22,326 nucleotides of DNA, from the NCBI GenBank assembly GCA_035387745.1, contig DAOOON010000003.1:26503-48828 (forward strand), written 5' to 3'. This document shows positions 6,279 through 14,807 of the stretch, piece by piece. The number at the start of each line of letters is the position of its first letter. Within the stretch, counting starts at the first letter, position 1. Under the pieces are notes generated by a model that saw nothing but the letters and a program-made list of their open reading frames with translations, was not told where the DNA came from and ran no database searches. The DNA comes from an archaeon (GTDB lineage Archaea; Iainarchaeota; Iainarchaeia; Iainarchaeales; CSSED10-239). The translations under genes and the position numbers were made by a program.

Positions 6279-6674
6279 TTATTTTTTCTTTCTAAATTTC
6301 TTTTGTTTTCTACAGCCGTCGTGTGGGACTGGCGTAGTGTTTGAGATACTTAAAATATTTAAGCCTGCTCTTGTTAGTGTCTTTAAAGAAGACTCAGCGC
6401 CTTGCCCAGGATTATAATAAAGATTACCACCTGGTGCTCTAATCTTAACATGAACATTCTTTATGCCTTTATCATTTGCTTTTTCAGCAACAACTTGAGC
6501 AATCTTAGTTGCAATATATGGAGAGCCCTCTTTATGTTGAGACTTTGTCATCTGGCCGCCTGAGCATTTTGCAATAACTTCTGAACCAGTCTCGTCTGTT
6601 AGAACAATTATAGTGTTGTTTCTTGAAGCAAAGATATTAACAATACCTGTTTTTCCTATGCCTGCCATAATCAT
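6279..6674 (-). CDS. rps11: 30S ribosomal protein uS11
   Basis: GIVNIFASRNNTIIVLTDETGSEV...GIKNVHVKIRAPGG...GQGAESSLKTLTRAGLNI. The start overlaps the rps4 stop (ATGA). A second ATG at 6668 lies 6 nt after GTGA and may be the true start. Confidence 0.93.
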   Translation of the reverse strand: MIMAGIGKTGIVNIFASRNNTIIVLTDETGSEVIAKCSGGQMTKSQHKEGSPYIATKIAQVVAEKANDKGIKNVHVKIRAPGGNLYYNPGQGAESSLKTLTRAGLNILSISNTTPVPHDGCRKQKKFRKKK

Positions 6675-7237
6675 TCACTCTCCTCTTTTTTCTCTTCTTT
6701 ATTTTGCTTTACTGGTTTAACAAAAGGCTTTCCTTTTTGTTCTTGTGCTCTATCGATTGCTGCTTTTATTTTAGTATCAATGTAAGCTATTGAATCTCCT
6801 GCCATAACAAGAGAACTAGGTGCTGTTCTTTTTGTGCCGTTTACTATTATGTGGCCATGTGTTATTAATTGTCTTGCTTGTTTTGGCGTTAATGCAAGAC
6901 CTCTTCTAAAGACTTGTGTTTGTAGTCTTCTTTCAAGTAAATCTGAAGCCTGTAATTTTAAAACATCATCGATTGTATGATCCTTTGTAAAGATGCCGGT
7001 TCTTTGTAATTTCCCTATTAACTCGCTATTTCTTTTCTCGTAGTTATCAACATTACCTGCTAGAAGTTTTCTTGCCATCTTTCTATAGTTTCTAACAACT
7101 GATTCTGCTTTCCAGATTTCTCTTTTTGTTTTTAAACCATATTCTCTTTCAAGCTTTCTATCGATAATCATTTTTTGTTTATCGTGAAGCTTTCTTGGAA
7201 CATCATACTGTCTGTTTAATCTTCTTGGTTCTCCCAT
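6671..7237 (-). CDS. rps4: 30S ribosomal protein uS4
   Basis: MGEPRRLNRQYDVPRKLHDKQKMIIDRKLEREYGLKTKREIWKAES...TPKQARQLITHGHIIVNG. GGTGA lies upstream (tcacc 7244-7248). Confidence 0.93.
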   Translation of the reverse strand: MGEPRRLNRQYDVPRKLHDKQKMIIDRKLEREYGLKTKREIWKAESVVRNYRKMARKLLAGNVDNYEKRNSELIGKLQRTGIFTKDHTIDDVLKLQASDLLERRLQTQVFRRGLALTPKQARQLITHGHIIVNGTKRTAPSSLVMAGDSIAYIDTKIKAAIDRAQEQKGKPFVKPVKQNKEEKKEESE

Positions 7238-7268
7238 TATTTTTCACCTTTATTTTTTTACTGTGCCA

Positions 7269-7859
7269 CTACTTTTTCTTTTCTACACCAATTGTTGAAT
7301 GTCTTCTACCAGTTGATCTTGCTTTTTGGCCCCTTACTCTTAGACCCCACTGTAATCTTAAACCTCTATAGCTTTTGGATTTACCAAGTCTTTGAAGTTC
7401 TTTTCTCTCAACTAGCTTTAGATCTGCCATGATGTATTGAGCTTGGGTACCATCTCTTTGTTTTGGTCTATTAAGTAACCAAGCAGGCACTCTCTTGTCT
7501 AAGTCTGCTATTATTTTTTCTATAGCTTCAACATCTTTTTCTGTTAAATTTCCTACTCTATTAATAACTTTACCAGAATCCTTGTAAAATATTTCTTCTA
7601 TTACTTTTCCTAGTCTTTTACTTATGCCATAGATTAATGTTAAACCATCAGAGATTGGCATATATCCTGGAATATCTCTGTTTGCAATTCTTACTATGTG
7701 CCTGAAGTCTGCTCCTTCTTTAGCAGGATTAAAATGGCTTGGCTTTGGCTTAGGTTTAACCATTTTCAATTTATCTGCAGAAATATGAGTTGATCCTTCT
7801 GACCTACTTTTCTTAACTTTTAGTTCTGGTGTATTATTAATTTTTTTATCTTTTGCCAT
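7269..7859 (-). CDS. rps13: 30S ribosomal protein uS13, with ~45-aa basic N-terminal extension
   Basis: FRHIVRIANRDIPGYMPISDGLTLIYGISKRLGKVI...YRGLRLQWGLRVRGQKARSTGR. GTGAT SD lies upstream of the ATG at 7859. An internal ATG at 7763 is an alternative start. Confidence 0.9.
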   Translation of the reverse strand: MAKDKKINNTPELKVKKSRSEGSTHISADKLKMVKPKPKPSHFNPAKEGADFRHIVRIANRDIPGYMPISDGLTLIYGISKRLGKVIEEIFYKDSGKVINRVGNLTEKDVEAIEKIIADLDKRVPAWLLNRPKQRDGTQAQYIMADLKLVERKELQRLGKSKSYRGLRLQWGLRVRGQKARSTGRRHSTIGVEKKK

Positions 7860-7875
7860 TACATATCACATTTAA

Positions 7876-8034
7876 TTATTCTAAAGGAAATACATGTAGT
7901 ATTCCTATCTTTTGCTCTTTGTCTTTTATCTTATAGTAGATATATTTGGTATCCATCTTGTCAATAACAATCTGCTTACCTATATTTCTACCTTGCATTA
8001 TTATGCATTTTCTTCCTTTCTCTAATAAACCCAT
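7876..8034 (-). CDS. rpl14e: 50S ribosomal protein eL14 (L14e), miniaturised to 52 aa and not in the ORF track
   Basis: Translated codon by codon: MGLLEKGRKCIIMQGRNIGKQIVIDKMDTKYIYYKIKDKEQKIGILHVFPLE*. The KOW-like GR.C....GR..G...VI and the ILH..P ending parallel archaeal L14e as I recall it (GRICVKVKGREAGSKCVIVDIID...RRVNILHLEPT). It occupies the conserved slot after rpl34e and starts 6 nt after the rpl34e stop. Confidence 0.72.
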   Translation of the reverse strand: MGLLEKGRKCIIMQGRNIGKQIVIDKMDTKYIYYKIKDKEQKIGILHVFPLE

Positions 8035-8040
8035 AAATCA

Positions 8041-8382
8041 TCACTCTATTTTTTTTAATATCATTTTTATATATTTTATATATCTTAAATCAACATCTTC
8101 TTCTGTTTTAATATTGTGCTTTAACATTACTGCATCCAAATATGCAATCTGCCTACACTTTGGGCAAAGAACACTTGATAATAGATTTTCGGGCCTTCTC
8201 TCAGTCTTACTTAGTCTTTTAACTTCTACTGTTCTTTTGCCATGCGGCATACCGTGAAGAATTGCTTTACAAACTGCACACTTGTGTTTTGAAGTTTTTT
8301 TCTTTACAAGTACTCTGGATTTTTTACCACTAGGAGTAATTGTAGTTTTATGTTTTTTAAATTTCTGATTTGGATTAGGCAT
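8041..8382 (-). CDS. rpl34e: 50S ribosomal protein eL34 (L34e)
   Basis: KTTITPSGKKSRVLVKKKTSKHKCAVCKAILHG...RPENLLSSVLCPKCR carries the L34e CxxC...CxxC pattern. GGTGA lies upstream (tcacc 8392-8396). Confidence 0.88.
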   Translation of the reverse strand: MPNPNQKFKKHKTTITPSGKKSRVLVKKKTSKHKCAVCKAILHGMPHGKRTVEVKRLSKTERRPENLLSSVLCPKCRQIAYLDAVMLKHNIKTEEDVDLRYIKYIKMILKKIE

Positions 8383-8399
8383 ATTGTTTTTTCACCATA

Positions 8400-8879
8400 T
8401 TATTTTTTCTTATAGTCTGCAGGAACATAGTCCTTATATTTTTGTTCAAATATTTTATCGTAAATATTATTTGCGATTATTGAAAATATAAAAGTCATAA
8501 TGAAATATGTCCAAAAACCATGAAGATCAAATGTCCATGGAAATGTTGTGTCTATGAATTTTATTGCACCATAAAATTTATTTATAACATACAAAAAAGG
8601 AATCGCCATAATCATTAATGGAATCATGGTTTTAAACATTCCTTTAAATTGTCTACCCATAAGGCTGAATGCTTCTTTTTGTTTTTCTTGGACTGCAATG
8701 TAATTGTTTTCTTTCATTAATACTTTCATTTCTGCTTGAATTTCTTTATTTCTTCTTTTTACAAAGAAATATTCTTTTGGATCAGAAAAGAAATGCTGTA
8801 TTGCTCTGTTTAATATTACAAATATCAATGCTAAAAGTATCAAATCTATCCAATGTGATCCGGTTATTGGTATGTTCAT
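8400..8879 (-). CDS. DUF106-family membrane protein (EMC3/TMCO1-like, Oxa1-superfamily candidate)
   Basis: The predicted architecture is TM1 (WIDLILLALIFVILN), a charged coiled segment (KRRNKEIQAEMKVLMKENNYIAVQEKQKEAF) and two further hydrophobic helices. It occupies the conserved archaeal position between secY(/adk) and rpl34e. The family call rests on architecture and synteny, not on an alignment. Confidence 0.6.
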   Translation of the reverse strand: MNIPITGSHWIDLILLALIFVILNRAIQHFFSDPKEYFFVKRRNKEIQAEMKVLMKENNYIAVQEKQKEAFSLMGRQFKGMFKTMIPLMIMAIPFLYVINKFYGAIKFIDTTFPWTFDLHGFWTYFIMTFIFSIIANNIYDKIFEQKYKDYVPADYKKK

Positions 8880-8885
8880 ATATTA

Positions 8886-10220
8886 TCACTTATTTAACAT
8901 TGTTTTCAAAAAATTACCAGACTCGAACAACTGATCTTTTGCTAATTGTTCATAGAATCTATAAACTATTCCAACTGTTAACAAAATTCCGGTTCCTGTT
9001 CCTATTGCTCCGGTGATGTCTGCAAACACTGCGAAAAGCCCAACAGTAATTGAACCCATAATCACAATTGTTGGAATATATCTGTTAAGTACTGTTACTA
9101 AAACTCTTTCATCTCTTCTAAATCCAGGTATTGACATCCCTGATCTCTGTAACTGACCTGCAACATTCTCTGTACCTTGGCCACCAACTTCAACCCAGAA
9201 CTTACCAAAGATTACACACATTAAAACAAATAATATTGAATATCCTAAAACTGAAAGCACCGTGCCCCAAGTTGCACCACCAAAGATTGCAGTCTGCAAT
9301 AACCCTTGTGACGGATTTAAAAAATTTGCAACTGGTGTTAAAAAATTACCAAGCGCTTTGCCTTTCGCAAGAGATGCAAATAAAGCAATATTTGCAAACA
9401 ACGTTCCTGTAAGAATTACAGGCATGTTTGAAACATACATTAATTTAACTGGAAAATTTGCACCCATTCCACTTCTACCAACTGTCAATGGAATATTAAC
9501 ATGTATGCTTTCGACATAAACAACTGCAAAGAAAACCAATAATGTAAATAATATTGGCAATAATACTGTTGCTAATAACTCAGTCATTGCGCCAGTTGCT
9601 GCATAGCTAATTCCTTGGAATAATAATCCTCCAGGATAACTAATTGCAGAGTTTGGGAAACTAAATATTTGCCAAATGATTGCTTGGCAAACACCTGCAG
9701 CAATGAATAGTCCAATTCCTGAACCTATTCCATATTTGCTTACAACTTCATCTAGATAAATTACTATTATTGCACCAATTACTATTTGTAATATTACGAT
9801 TAAAAGCATTCCTTGTGCTGGAACAAGCATACCAAATGCTGAATAAATTATTGCTTCAACTATTGCAAGAACAATTGCAAGAAGTTTTTGTGCCCCAGAG
9901 AATTTTGCTCTGTCTTCTGACTTTGAAAAATCAAAATTAATAATTTTGACTCCTGCAAGCAATTGCAAGATAATTGATGCTAAAACAATTGGGCCAATAC
10001 CAAGAGTAATTAATGTACCAATATCACTTGCAAGTATCATCTGATACATGCTGATATTTGCGGTTTGACTAGGATCAAGACCAAACAAAGTTATTGTTCC
10101 TAATATAAAGTAAATAACAAGAACAACTAATGTCCAAAGCAACTTTTGCCTGACATTTGGAACTTTACTTGGTTCCTTGACTGAAGGCAGTGCCCTCAAT
10201 ATTCCATCAAAAAAACTCAT
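8886..10220 (-). CDS. secY: Preprotein translocase subunit SecY
   Basis: A 444-aa polytopic protein with LPSVKEPSKVPNVRQKLLWTLVVLVIYFILGTITLFG at the N-terminus and RSGMSIPGFRRD. It follows rpl15 with an ATGA overlap. Confidence 0.93.
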   Translation of the reverse strand: MSFFDGILRALPSVKEPSKVPNVRQKLLWTLVVLVIYFILGTITLFGLDPSQTANISMYQMILASDIGTLITLGIGPIVLASIILQLLAGVKIINFDFSKSEDRAKFSGAQKLLAIVLAIVEAIIYSAFGMLVPAQGMLLIVILQIVIGAIIVIYLDEVVSKYGIGSGIGLFIAAGVCQAIIWQIFSFPNSAISYPGGLLFQGISYAATGAMTELLATVLLPILFTLLVFFAVVYVESIHVNIPLTVGRSGMGANFPVKLMYVSNMPVILTGTLFANIALFASLAKGKALGNFLTPVANFLNPSQGLLQTAIFGGATWGTVLSVLGYSILFVLMCVIFGKFWVEVGGQGTENVAGQLQRSGMSIPGFRRDERVLVTVLNRYIPTIVIMGSITVGLFAVFADITGAIGTGTGILLTVGIVYRFYEQLAKDQLFESGNFLKTMLNK

Positions 10221-10585
10221 TGAACCTTTCCCCCGGCTTTTTCAATCTTTTCTTTAGCAACCGCTGTTACTAAAGCATTATTAAAAACAACTGGCTTTGT
10301 GATATTTCCTTTACCAAGAATCTTATCATAGCCTAGTTCTTTTAAGTTTATTTCTTTCTTGTCTTTAATCATATCAGACAATGCCTCAAGAGTAATTGTC
10401 TTTAACTTTGTCTTTGGTTTTAAGAAAATTCTTTGACCAAAATCAACATAGTATTTTGTGAACTTGTGCTTTGTTGAACCAGCTCTGCCTTTACCGCCAG
10501 TACAACCAGAACCTCTAGCGTTCTTTGTATTACCGTGACCGTGAGTTCTCTTTCCTCTTAATCTGTCAATTTTTCTTTTTACCAT
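10217..10585 (-). CDS. rpl15: 50S ribosomal protein uL15
   Basis: RLRGKRTHGHGNTKNARGSGCTGGKGRAGSTKHKF. Confidence 0.92.
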   Translation of the reverse strand: MVKRKIDRLRGKRTHGHGNTKNARGSGCTGGKGRAGSTKHKFTKYYVDFGQRIFLKPKTKLKTITLEALSDMIKDKKEINLKELGYDKILGKGNITKPVVFNNALVTAVAKEKIEKAGGKVQ

Positions 10586-10599
10586 AAATTTTCACAAAT

Positions 10600-11064
10600 T
10601 TAAATCATTTTTAATAGAAGAGTATTTATTTGGTCAGCTCTATAACCAAGTACTCCGCCTTCCTTAAATGTCTTTTTAATTCCTTTTCTATCAAAGCCTT
10701 TTGTTGGTGGCTTAAGTCTGAAAACCTTCTTGATACCAAGATCTTCAAGCTTTGCTTTTCCTGAGACTATTTCCTCAATAACTTTGTCTTGTTTTTTTTC
10801 ATCCTTGTAATGTTCTTTAAATTTTATTAATTTGCCTTTCTCATTATAGCAATAGCCTCTTTTGTTTAGCATTTTCTTTAATGCCTCTTTTGATATTTCA
10901 CCATAGGTTACCATGTTTCTTAACTTATGAAGCATTCCTTTGACATATTTGTCTTCAGGATATATAACACAATGATTTACTCTTGTTAAGTTTAATAACT
11001 TCATTGTGTTTTCAATATTTACATTGACCTTTGCTGGCCCTCTTATTCTAATTATTGCAAACAT
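10600..11064 (-). CDS. rpl30: 50S ribosomal protein uL30
   Basis: MFAIIRIRGPAKVNVNIENTMKLLNLTRVNHCVIYPED, in the position between rps5 and rpl15. Confidence 0.92.
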   Translation of the reverse strand: MFAIIRIRGPAKVNVNIENTMKLLNLTRVNHCVIYPEDKYVKGMLHKLRNMVTYGEISKEALKKMLNKRGYCYNEKGKLIKFKEHYKDEKKQDKVIEEIVSGKAKLEDLGIKKVFRLKPPTKGFDRKGIKKTFKEGGVLGYRADQINTLLLKMI

Positions 11065-11079
11065 ATCTTATTTCACTTT

Positions 11080-11781
11080 TTATTCTTTATTTTCTTTATC
11101 TTCTGTTTCTATTTCTTTTTCTTTTGTCTTTAAATCTGAAATCTTATAAAGTGCATCAATTGTTGCTCTTGTAAAGTTTAGTTTAGTATCTGTTGCACCT
11201 CTTGTGTTTGACCAAAGATCTTTTATTCCTGCAAGATCAAATATTGGTTTAATGGTATCGCTTACTGCTAGACCAATACCGTTTGGTGCAGGTAAAAGCT
11301 CTACTCTTAAAGACGCGCACTTGCCAATGACTTTATAAGGTATTGAGTGCTTCTTTGAACAATTACATTCCCAAGAACCGCAGCCTCTTCTTACTGGAAC
11401 AATGTTTAACTTTGCATCTTTTATTGCTTTTTCTTGAGCAACTATTCTTTCAATATTTTTTCCTGTTCCAACGCCTATGTGGCCATTACCATCTCCTATT
11501 ATTACTGAGACTCTAAAAGAGAAATGTCTACCGGCCCTAGTCACTCTTGTTGTTTTCTTAACATCAATAACTTTCATTTTAAGATCAGAAATAAAACAAT
11601 CAACAACTTCGGGTTCCATTATTTTTTTACCAAGCTTGAAGACATCGTCAAGAGATGCTAATTCTCCTGCCTTTACTTTTTTACCAAGCTCTGTTTTTGG
11701 AATCCAAGCATCTTTATCAAATACTTTTTCTTCTCTTTTTTCTCTTCTTGGTCTTCTTTCTCTTTCGCTAAATGCACACAT
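11080..11781 (-). CDS. rps5: 30S ribosomal protein uS5
   Basis: VIDVKKTTRVTRAGRHFSFRVSVIIGDGNGHIGVGTGK...VPVRRGCGSWEC...LLPAPNGIGL. Confidence 0.93.
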   Translation of the reverse strand: MCAFSERERRPRREKREEKVFDKDAWIPKTELGKKVKAGELASLDDVFKLGKKIMEPEVVDCFISDLKMKVIDVKKTTRVTRAGRHFSFRVSVIIGDGNGHIGVGTGKNIERIVAQEKAIKDAKLNIVPVRRGCGSWECNCSKKHSIPYKVIGKCASLRVELLPAPNGIGLAVSDTIKPIFDLAGIKDLWSNTRGATDTKLNFTRATIDALYKISDLKTKEKEIETEDKENKE

Positions 11782-11788
11782 AGAATAA

Positions 11789-12301
11789 TCACATCTTTAA
11801 TATTTTTTCTTTAGTTACTATAAACTCCTTATCTATTGGTTTCTTTAAATATTCTGCCATAACCTTTCCTTCAATTCTATCTTTTCCTGGAAAAGCCTTT
11901 TCATCATGTGGACAATCAAGCCCAGAATCTACTATTGCTTTTAAGCCTGCAAAAATCTTGTTACCGGACTTATAGTTTCTTGCACCTAAATCAAGAATAA
12001 CTTCTTTAACTCCTTTCTTCTTTGCTTTCTGAGCTAAAAGTAAAGACGTTAAGTAAATTGCAGGAGTATTCTTTGTATTTCCGGAATAACCTAAAGCCTT
12101 TAATTCCTTTGAATCTGCGCTTGCTAAAGTCTTGTCTCCATCCTTATCATATCTTATTAATTGAGCTTTAACAAGAGCATTTGTTACTCTTAGAACGACT
12201 CTGTCCTTTTTAGACTTAAGAACCGCAAGTCTTTTCTTATAGTCAGTCTTTTGCTCTCTTCTTCTTCTAAATGCAACTTTAAATGTTGGTCCTGATGTCA
12301 T
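11789..12301 (-). CDS. rpl18: 50S ribosomal protein uL18
   Basis: FRRRREQKTDYKKRLAVLKSKKDRVVLRVTNALVKAQLI. The start overlaps the rpl19e stop (ATGA), with GGTGA inside the rpl19e 3' end (tcacc 12308-12312). Confidence 0.92.
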   Translation of the reverse strand: MTSGPTFKVAFRRRREQKTDYKKRLAVLKSKKDRVVLRVTNALVKAQLIRYDKDGDKTLASADSKELKALGYSGNTKNTPAIYLTSLLLAQKAKKKGVKEVILDLGARNYKSGNKIFAGLKAIVDSGLDCPHDEKAFPGKDRIEGKVMAEYLKKPIDKEFIVTKEKILKM

Positions 12302-12750
12302 TTCTTTTCACCACTACTAATATATTCTTCTAAATGTTTCTTACCTCTAAAGTAGTTACCGTTTATTCTTTGGTAAATTTCACGATAGTTTTTATTATTT
12401 AATTTGTCTTCTTTTCTTAATTCTCTTAGTCTTTTTCTTAGAGCCCTAATCTTGTCATTATATAGATTTCTGCTCTGTCTTGCTTTTGGTGTTCCTTTTC
12501 TTTTTCCCTGTCCTCTTTTTCTTTTTAATTGCTTTTTCTTTAAAAGGACTCTTGCTCTGCCTCTTGATTGGCCAGTATCGTTTTTCTTCTTTATTACACC
12601 TTTTGCTATTGCGTCTCTAACATCTTGCTTAGTTATTGCTTTATCAACAAACTCTTTATTGTCTTGATATTTCTTCTCATCAATAACTAACTTATGCTTG
12701 CTTTTCTTAAGGATCTTTCCTGAAAATGTTTTTAATTTATCTAACTTCAT
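12298..12750 (-). CDS. rpl19e: 50S ribosomal protein eL19 (L19e)
   Basis: SRGRARVLLKKKQLKRKRGQGKRKGTPKAR...IRALRKRLRELR. Confidence 0.92.
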   Translation of the reverse strand: MKLDKLKTFSGKILKKSKHKLVIDEKKYQDNKEFVDKAITKQDVRDAIAKGVIKKKNDTGQSRGRARVLLKKKQLKRKRGQGKRKGTPKARQSRNLYNDKIRALRKRLRELRKEDKLNNKNYREIYQRINGNYFRGKKHLEEYISSGEKK

Positions 12751-12766
12751 AGGTTTACACCATTTT

Positions 12767-13111
12767 TTAATTTAATATTTTAAAACCTTTTTCTTTTGCA
12801 ACTTTTCTTAACTCTGTTCTTTTTTTTAAGCCAAGTGTTCCATTAAATCTTATTGCAATCTCTTTTGGGTTTAGTTTGTTAATATCTGTCACAGTCCTTA
12901 CGATACACTCCTTTAAACCACAAGGATGCATACCTTTCTCTGTGTTCTTGTGGCCGTAACCGATCTTTGGTTGTGGTCCTTTCTTAACAGACATGTGTCT
13001 ATCGATACCTCTTGGATATCTCCATTTTTGAACCTTTCTATTGTGTTTGGTTCTTCTAAGTGTTAAAGGGAAATGCCCTCTAAAGTTTGGTGTATCATTA
13101 CTCATAATCAT
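12767..13111 (-). CDS. rpl32e: 50S ribosomal protein eL32 (L32e)
   Basis: KWRYPRGIDRHMSVKKGPQPKIGYGHKNTEKGMHPCGLKECIV. The start overlaps the rpl6 stop. A second ATG at 13105 lies 6 nt after GTGA and may be the true start. Confidence 0.92.
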   Translation of the reverse strand: MIMSNDTPNFRGHFPLTLRRTKHNRKVQKWRYPRGIDRHMSVKKGPQPKIGYGHKNTEKGMHPCGLKECIVRTVTDINKLNPKEIAIRFNGTLGLKKRTELRKVAKEKGFKILN

Positions 13112-13665
13112 TCACGCTTTGCTTTTTCAACAATATAACAACCATCATCAAATATTCTAAAATCTCTTCCAACAACTCTTGTTGCCTTTTCAATATTTCC
13201 TGCTGTTTGGCCCGCTGCATATTTGTCGTGACCTTTTACTATTATTTCTTTCCCTTTGACTTCTACTTTACAACCTGGAAGAATTCTTGTCTTTCTTGGT
13301 TTTTTCTCTCCTAAGAAATTTGAGATTACAACTTCGTGGCCTTCAACCTTTACAGTTATTGGAAAGTGAGAGTAAACAACTGAAAGCTTGTAAACATAGT
13401 CTTTTTCAAAACCCTTTAAAGCATTAATTATATGCTTTTCTGTGCTGTTAACAACAGCTTTAATTGTTTTCTTTTTACTCTTAGGTATAAGCTCGATCTC
13501 TCCATTCTCAAATTTTGCAGAAACATAAACTGGATTAAACTCAACATCTGTTTTCTTTCCAGACTTTTCAAGAATCAAATCATGAGAACCAAGATGCACT
13601 TTAACATCTCCAGGTATCTTTATCTTTGTTTCTTTAATTTCTTTTTTTTCTTTTTTTGCTTGCAT
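13108..13665 (-). CDS. rpl6: 50S ribosomal protein uL6
   Basis: YKLSVVYSHFPITVKVEGHEVVISNFLGEKKPRKTRILPGCKVEVKGKEIIVKGHDKYAAGQTAGNIE. The track start at 13677 is the GTG of a GTGA motif, so ATG at 13665 is preferred. Confidence 0.92.
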   Translation of the reverse strand: MQAKKEKKEIKETKIKIPGDVKVHLGSHDLILEKSGKKTDVEFNPVYVSAKFENGEIELIPKSKKKTIKAVVNSTEKHIINALKGFEKDYVYKLSVVYSHFPITVKVEGHEVVISNFLGEKKPRKTRILPGCKVEVKGKEIIVKGHDKYAAGQTAGNIEKATRVVGRDFRIFDDGCYIVEKAKRE

Positions 13666-13688
13666 AATCTTTTTCACAATTTATAAAT

Positions 13689-14078
13689 TTAATAAATGTA
13701 ACCAACAATTCTTCCACCAAGACCTTTTTCTTTAGCATCTTTGTGGCTCATTATGCCTTGTGTTGTGCTTACAATTAATACACCAACGTCTCTTGAGATA
13801 AGATATGACTTTTCAAACTTTTCATAGTCTTGCTTTTTCACAGGATATCTTGGTTTAACTGCTTTACATTTGTTTATTCTTCCGCCAAGATAAACAACAA
13901 CTTGCTTACATGGTTTCTTTTCTAAAACTTTGTACATCTTAATATATCCTTCTTTTTTTAGAAGAGTTAATACACTTTCTAAAAACTTAGAATGATTTAG
14001 TGTGCAAGTTTGTTTAGAAGCCATCTCTGCATTATTTATGTTGTTTAATGCGTTTGATATTGGATCGTTTAAGCTCAT
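13689..14078 (-). CDS. rps8: 30S ribosomal protein uS8
   Basis: DPISNALNNINNAEMASKQ...KKEGYIKMYKV...GGRIVGYIY. The track start at 14081 is a TTG in the SD spacer. ATG at 14078 lies 6 nt after AGGTGA (tcacct 14085-14090). Confidence 0.93.
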   Translation of the reverse strand: MSLNDPISNALNNINNAEMASKQTCTLNHSKFLESVLTLLKKEGYIKMYKVLEKKPCKQVVVYLGGRINKCKAVKPRYPVKKQDYEKFEKSYLISRDVGVLIVSTTQGIMSHKDAKEKGLGGRIVGYIY

Positions 14079-14099
14079 CAATTTTCACCTAATAAATAT

Positions 14100-14273
14100 T
14101 TAATCTAATTTTTTAAATCCCAACTTGTCTGCATAATCTTTAAAGCATCTTCTACAGATATAAAGATTATATTTCCTTATAAGTCCCTTGTTTGTTTCGC
14201 AAAATCTACACTTTCTAGTTCTTTTAAGTTCTTTACTTGTTTTGCCTAGCTTTTTATAATCTATTTCACTCAT
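14100..14273 (-). CDS. rps14: 30S ribosomal protein uS14, zinc-binding type Z, 57 aa, not in the ORF track
   Basis: Own translation: MSEIDYKKLGKTSKELKRTRKCRFCETNKGLIRKYNLYICRRCFKDYADKLGFKKLD*. It carries CxxC...CxxC and overlaps the rpl5 stop (ATGA) in the canonical rpl5-rps14-rps8 order. Confidence 0.9.
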   Translation of the reverse strand: MSEIDYKKLGKTSKELKRTRKCRFCETNKGLIRKYNLYICRRCFKDYADKLGFKKLD

Positions 14274-14794
14274 TCAACCACTATTTTTAATTTTTCTTTT
14301 GCAAACTCCATTGCCTCGTCTTTTGTGATTCTGTGTTTCTTTCCAACTTTTGCGATATTGTATTTTCTTTGCTTTACTCTGTATCCTCTTCTTTTCAAAG
14401 ACACACAAACATCAAAACCCCTGATTCCAAGATTTGGGTCGTATTTGATTCCTGGAACATCTAAGTATTCTTTTATGCCATAAGAAAAGTGCCCTTCATT
14501 TGAAAAAGACTTTTTCTTTATCTTGTATTCTTTTGCTTTTAAGGTTAAATCTATAAAGTCAAGCGCCTCTTTTCCTCTTAGAGTTACCTTCCCGCCGATT
14601 GGTAGACCAGGTCTTATTCCCCAGGTTGGTAATTTAACTGTTGCCATTGTCTTAACTGGTTTTTTCTTAGTTACCAATTGTAGAATCTTTAAACCTTTTT
14701 CAAGCTCTTCACCAGCTTCGCCAATACCCATGTTTACGGTTACCTTTTCAATAAAGATTTCCCTGTTTGGGTTGTTATTTTTGTCTGTAGTCAT
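14270..14794 (-). CDS. rpl5: 50S ribosomal protein uL5
   Basis: NPNREIFIEKVTVNMGIGEAGEELEKG...GIRPGLPIGGKVTLRG...GIKYDPNLGIRGFDVCV. Confidence 0.93.
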   Translation of the reverse strand: MTTDKNNNPNREIFIEKVTVNMGIGEAGEELEKGLKILQLVTKKKPVKTMATVKLPTWGIRPGLPIGGKVTLRGKEALDFIDLTLKAKEYKIKKKSFSNEGHFSYGIKEYLDVPGIKYDPNLGIRGFDVCVSLKRRGYRVKQRKYNIAKVGKKHRITKDEAMEFAKEKLKIVVE

Positions 14795-14807
14795 GAAATA
14801 TCCCTTT

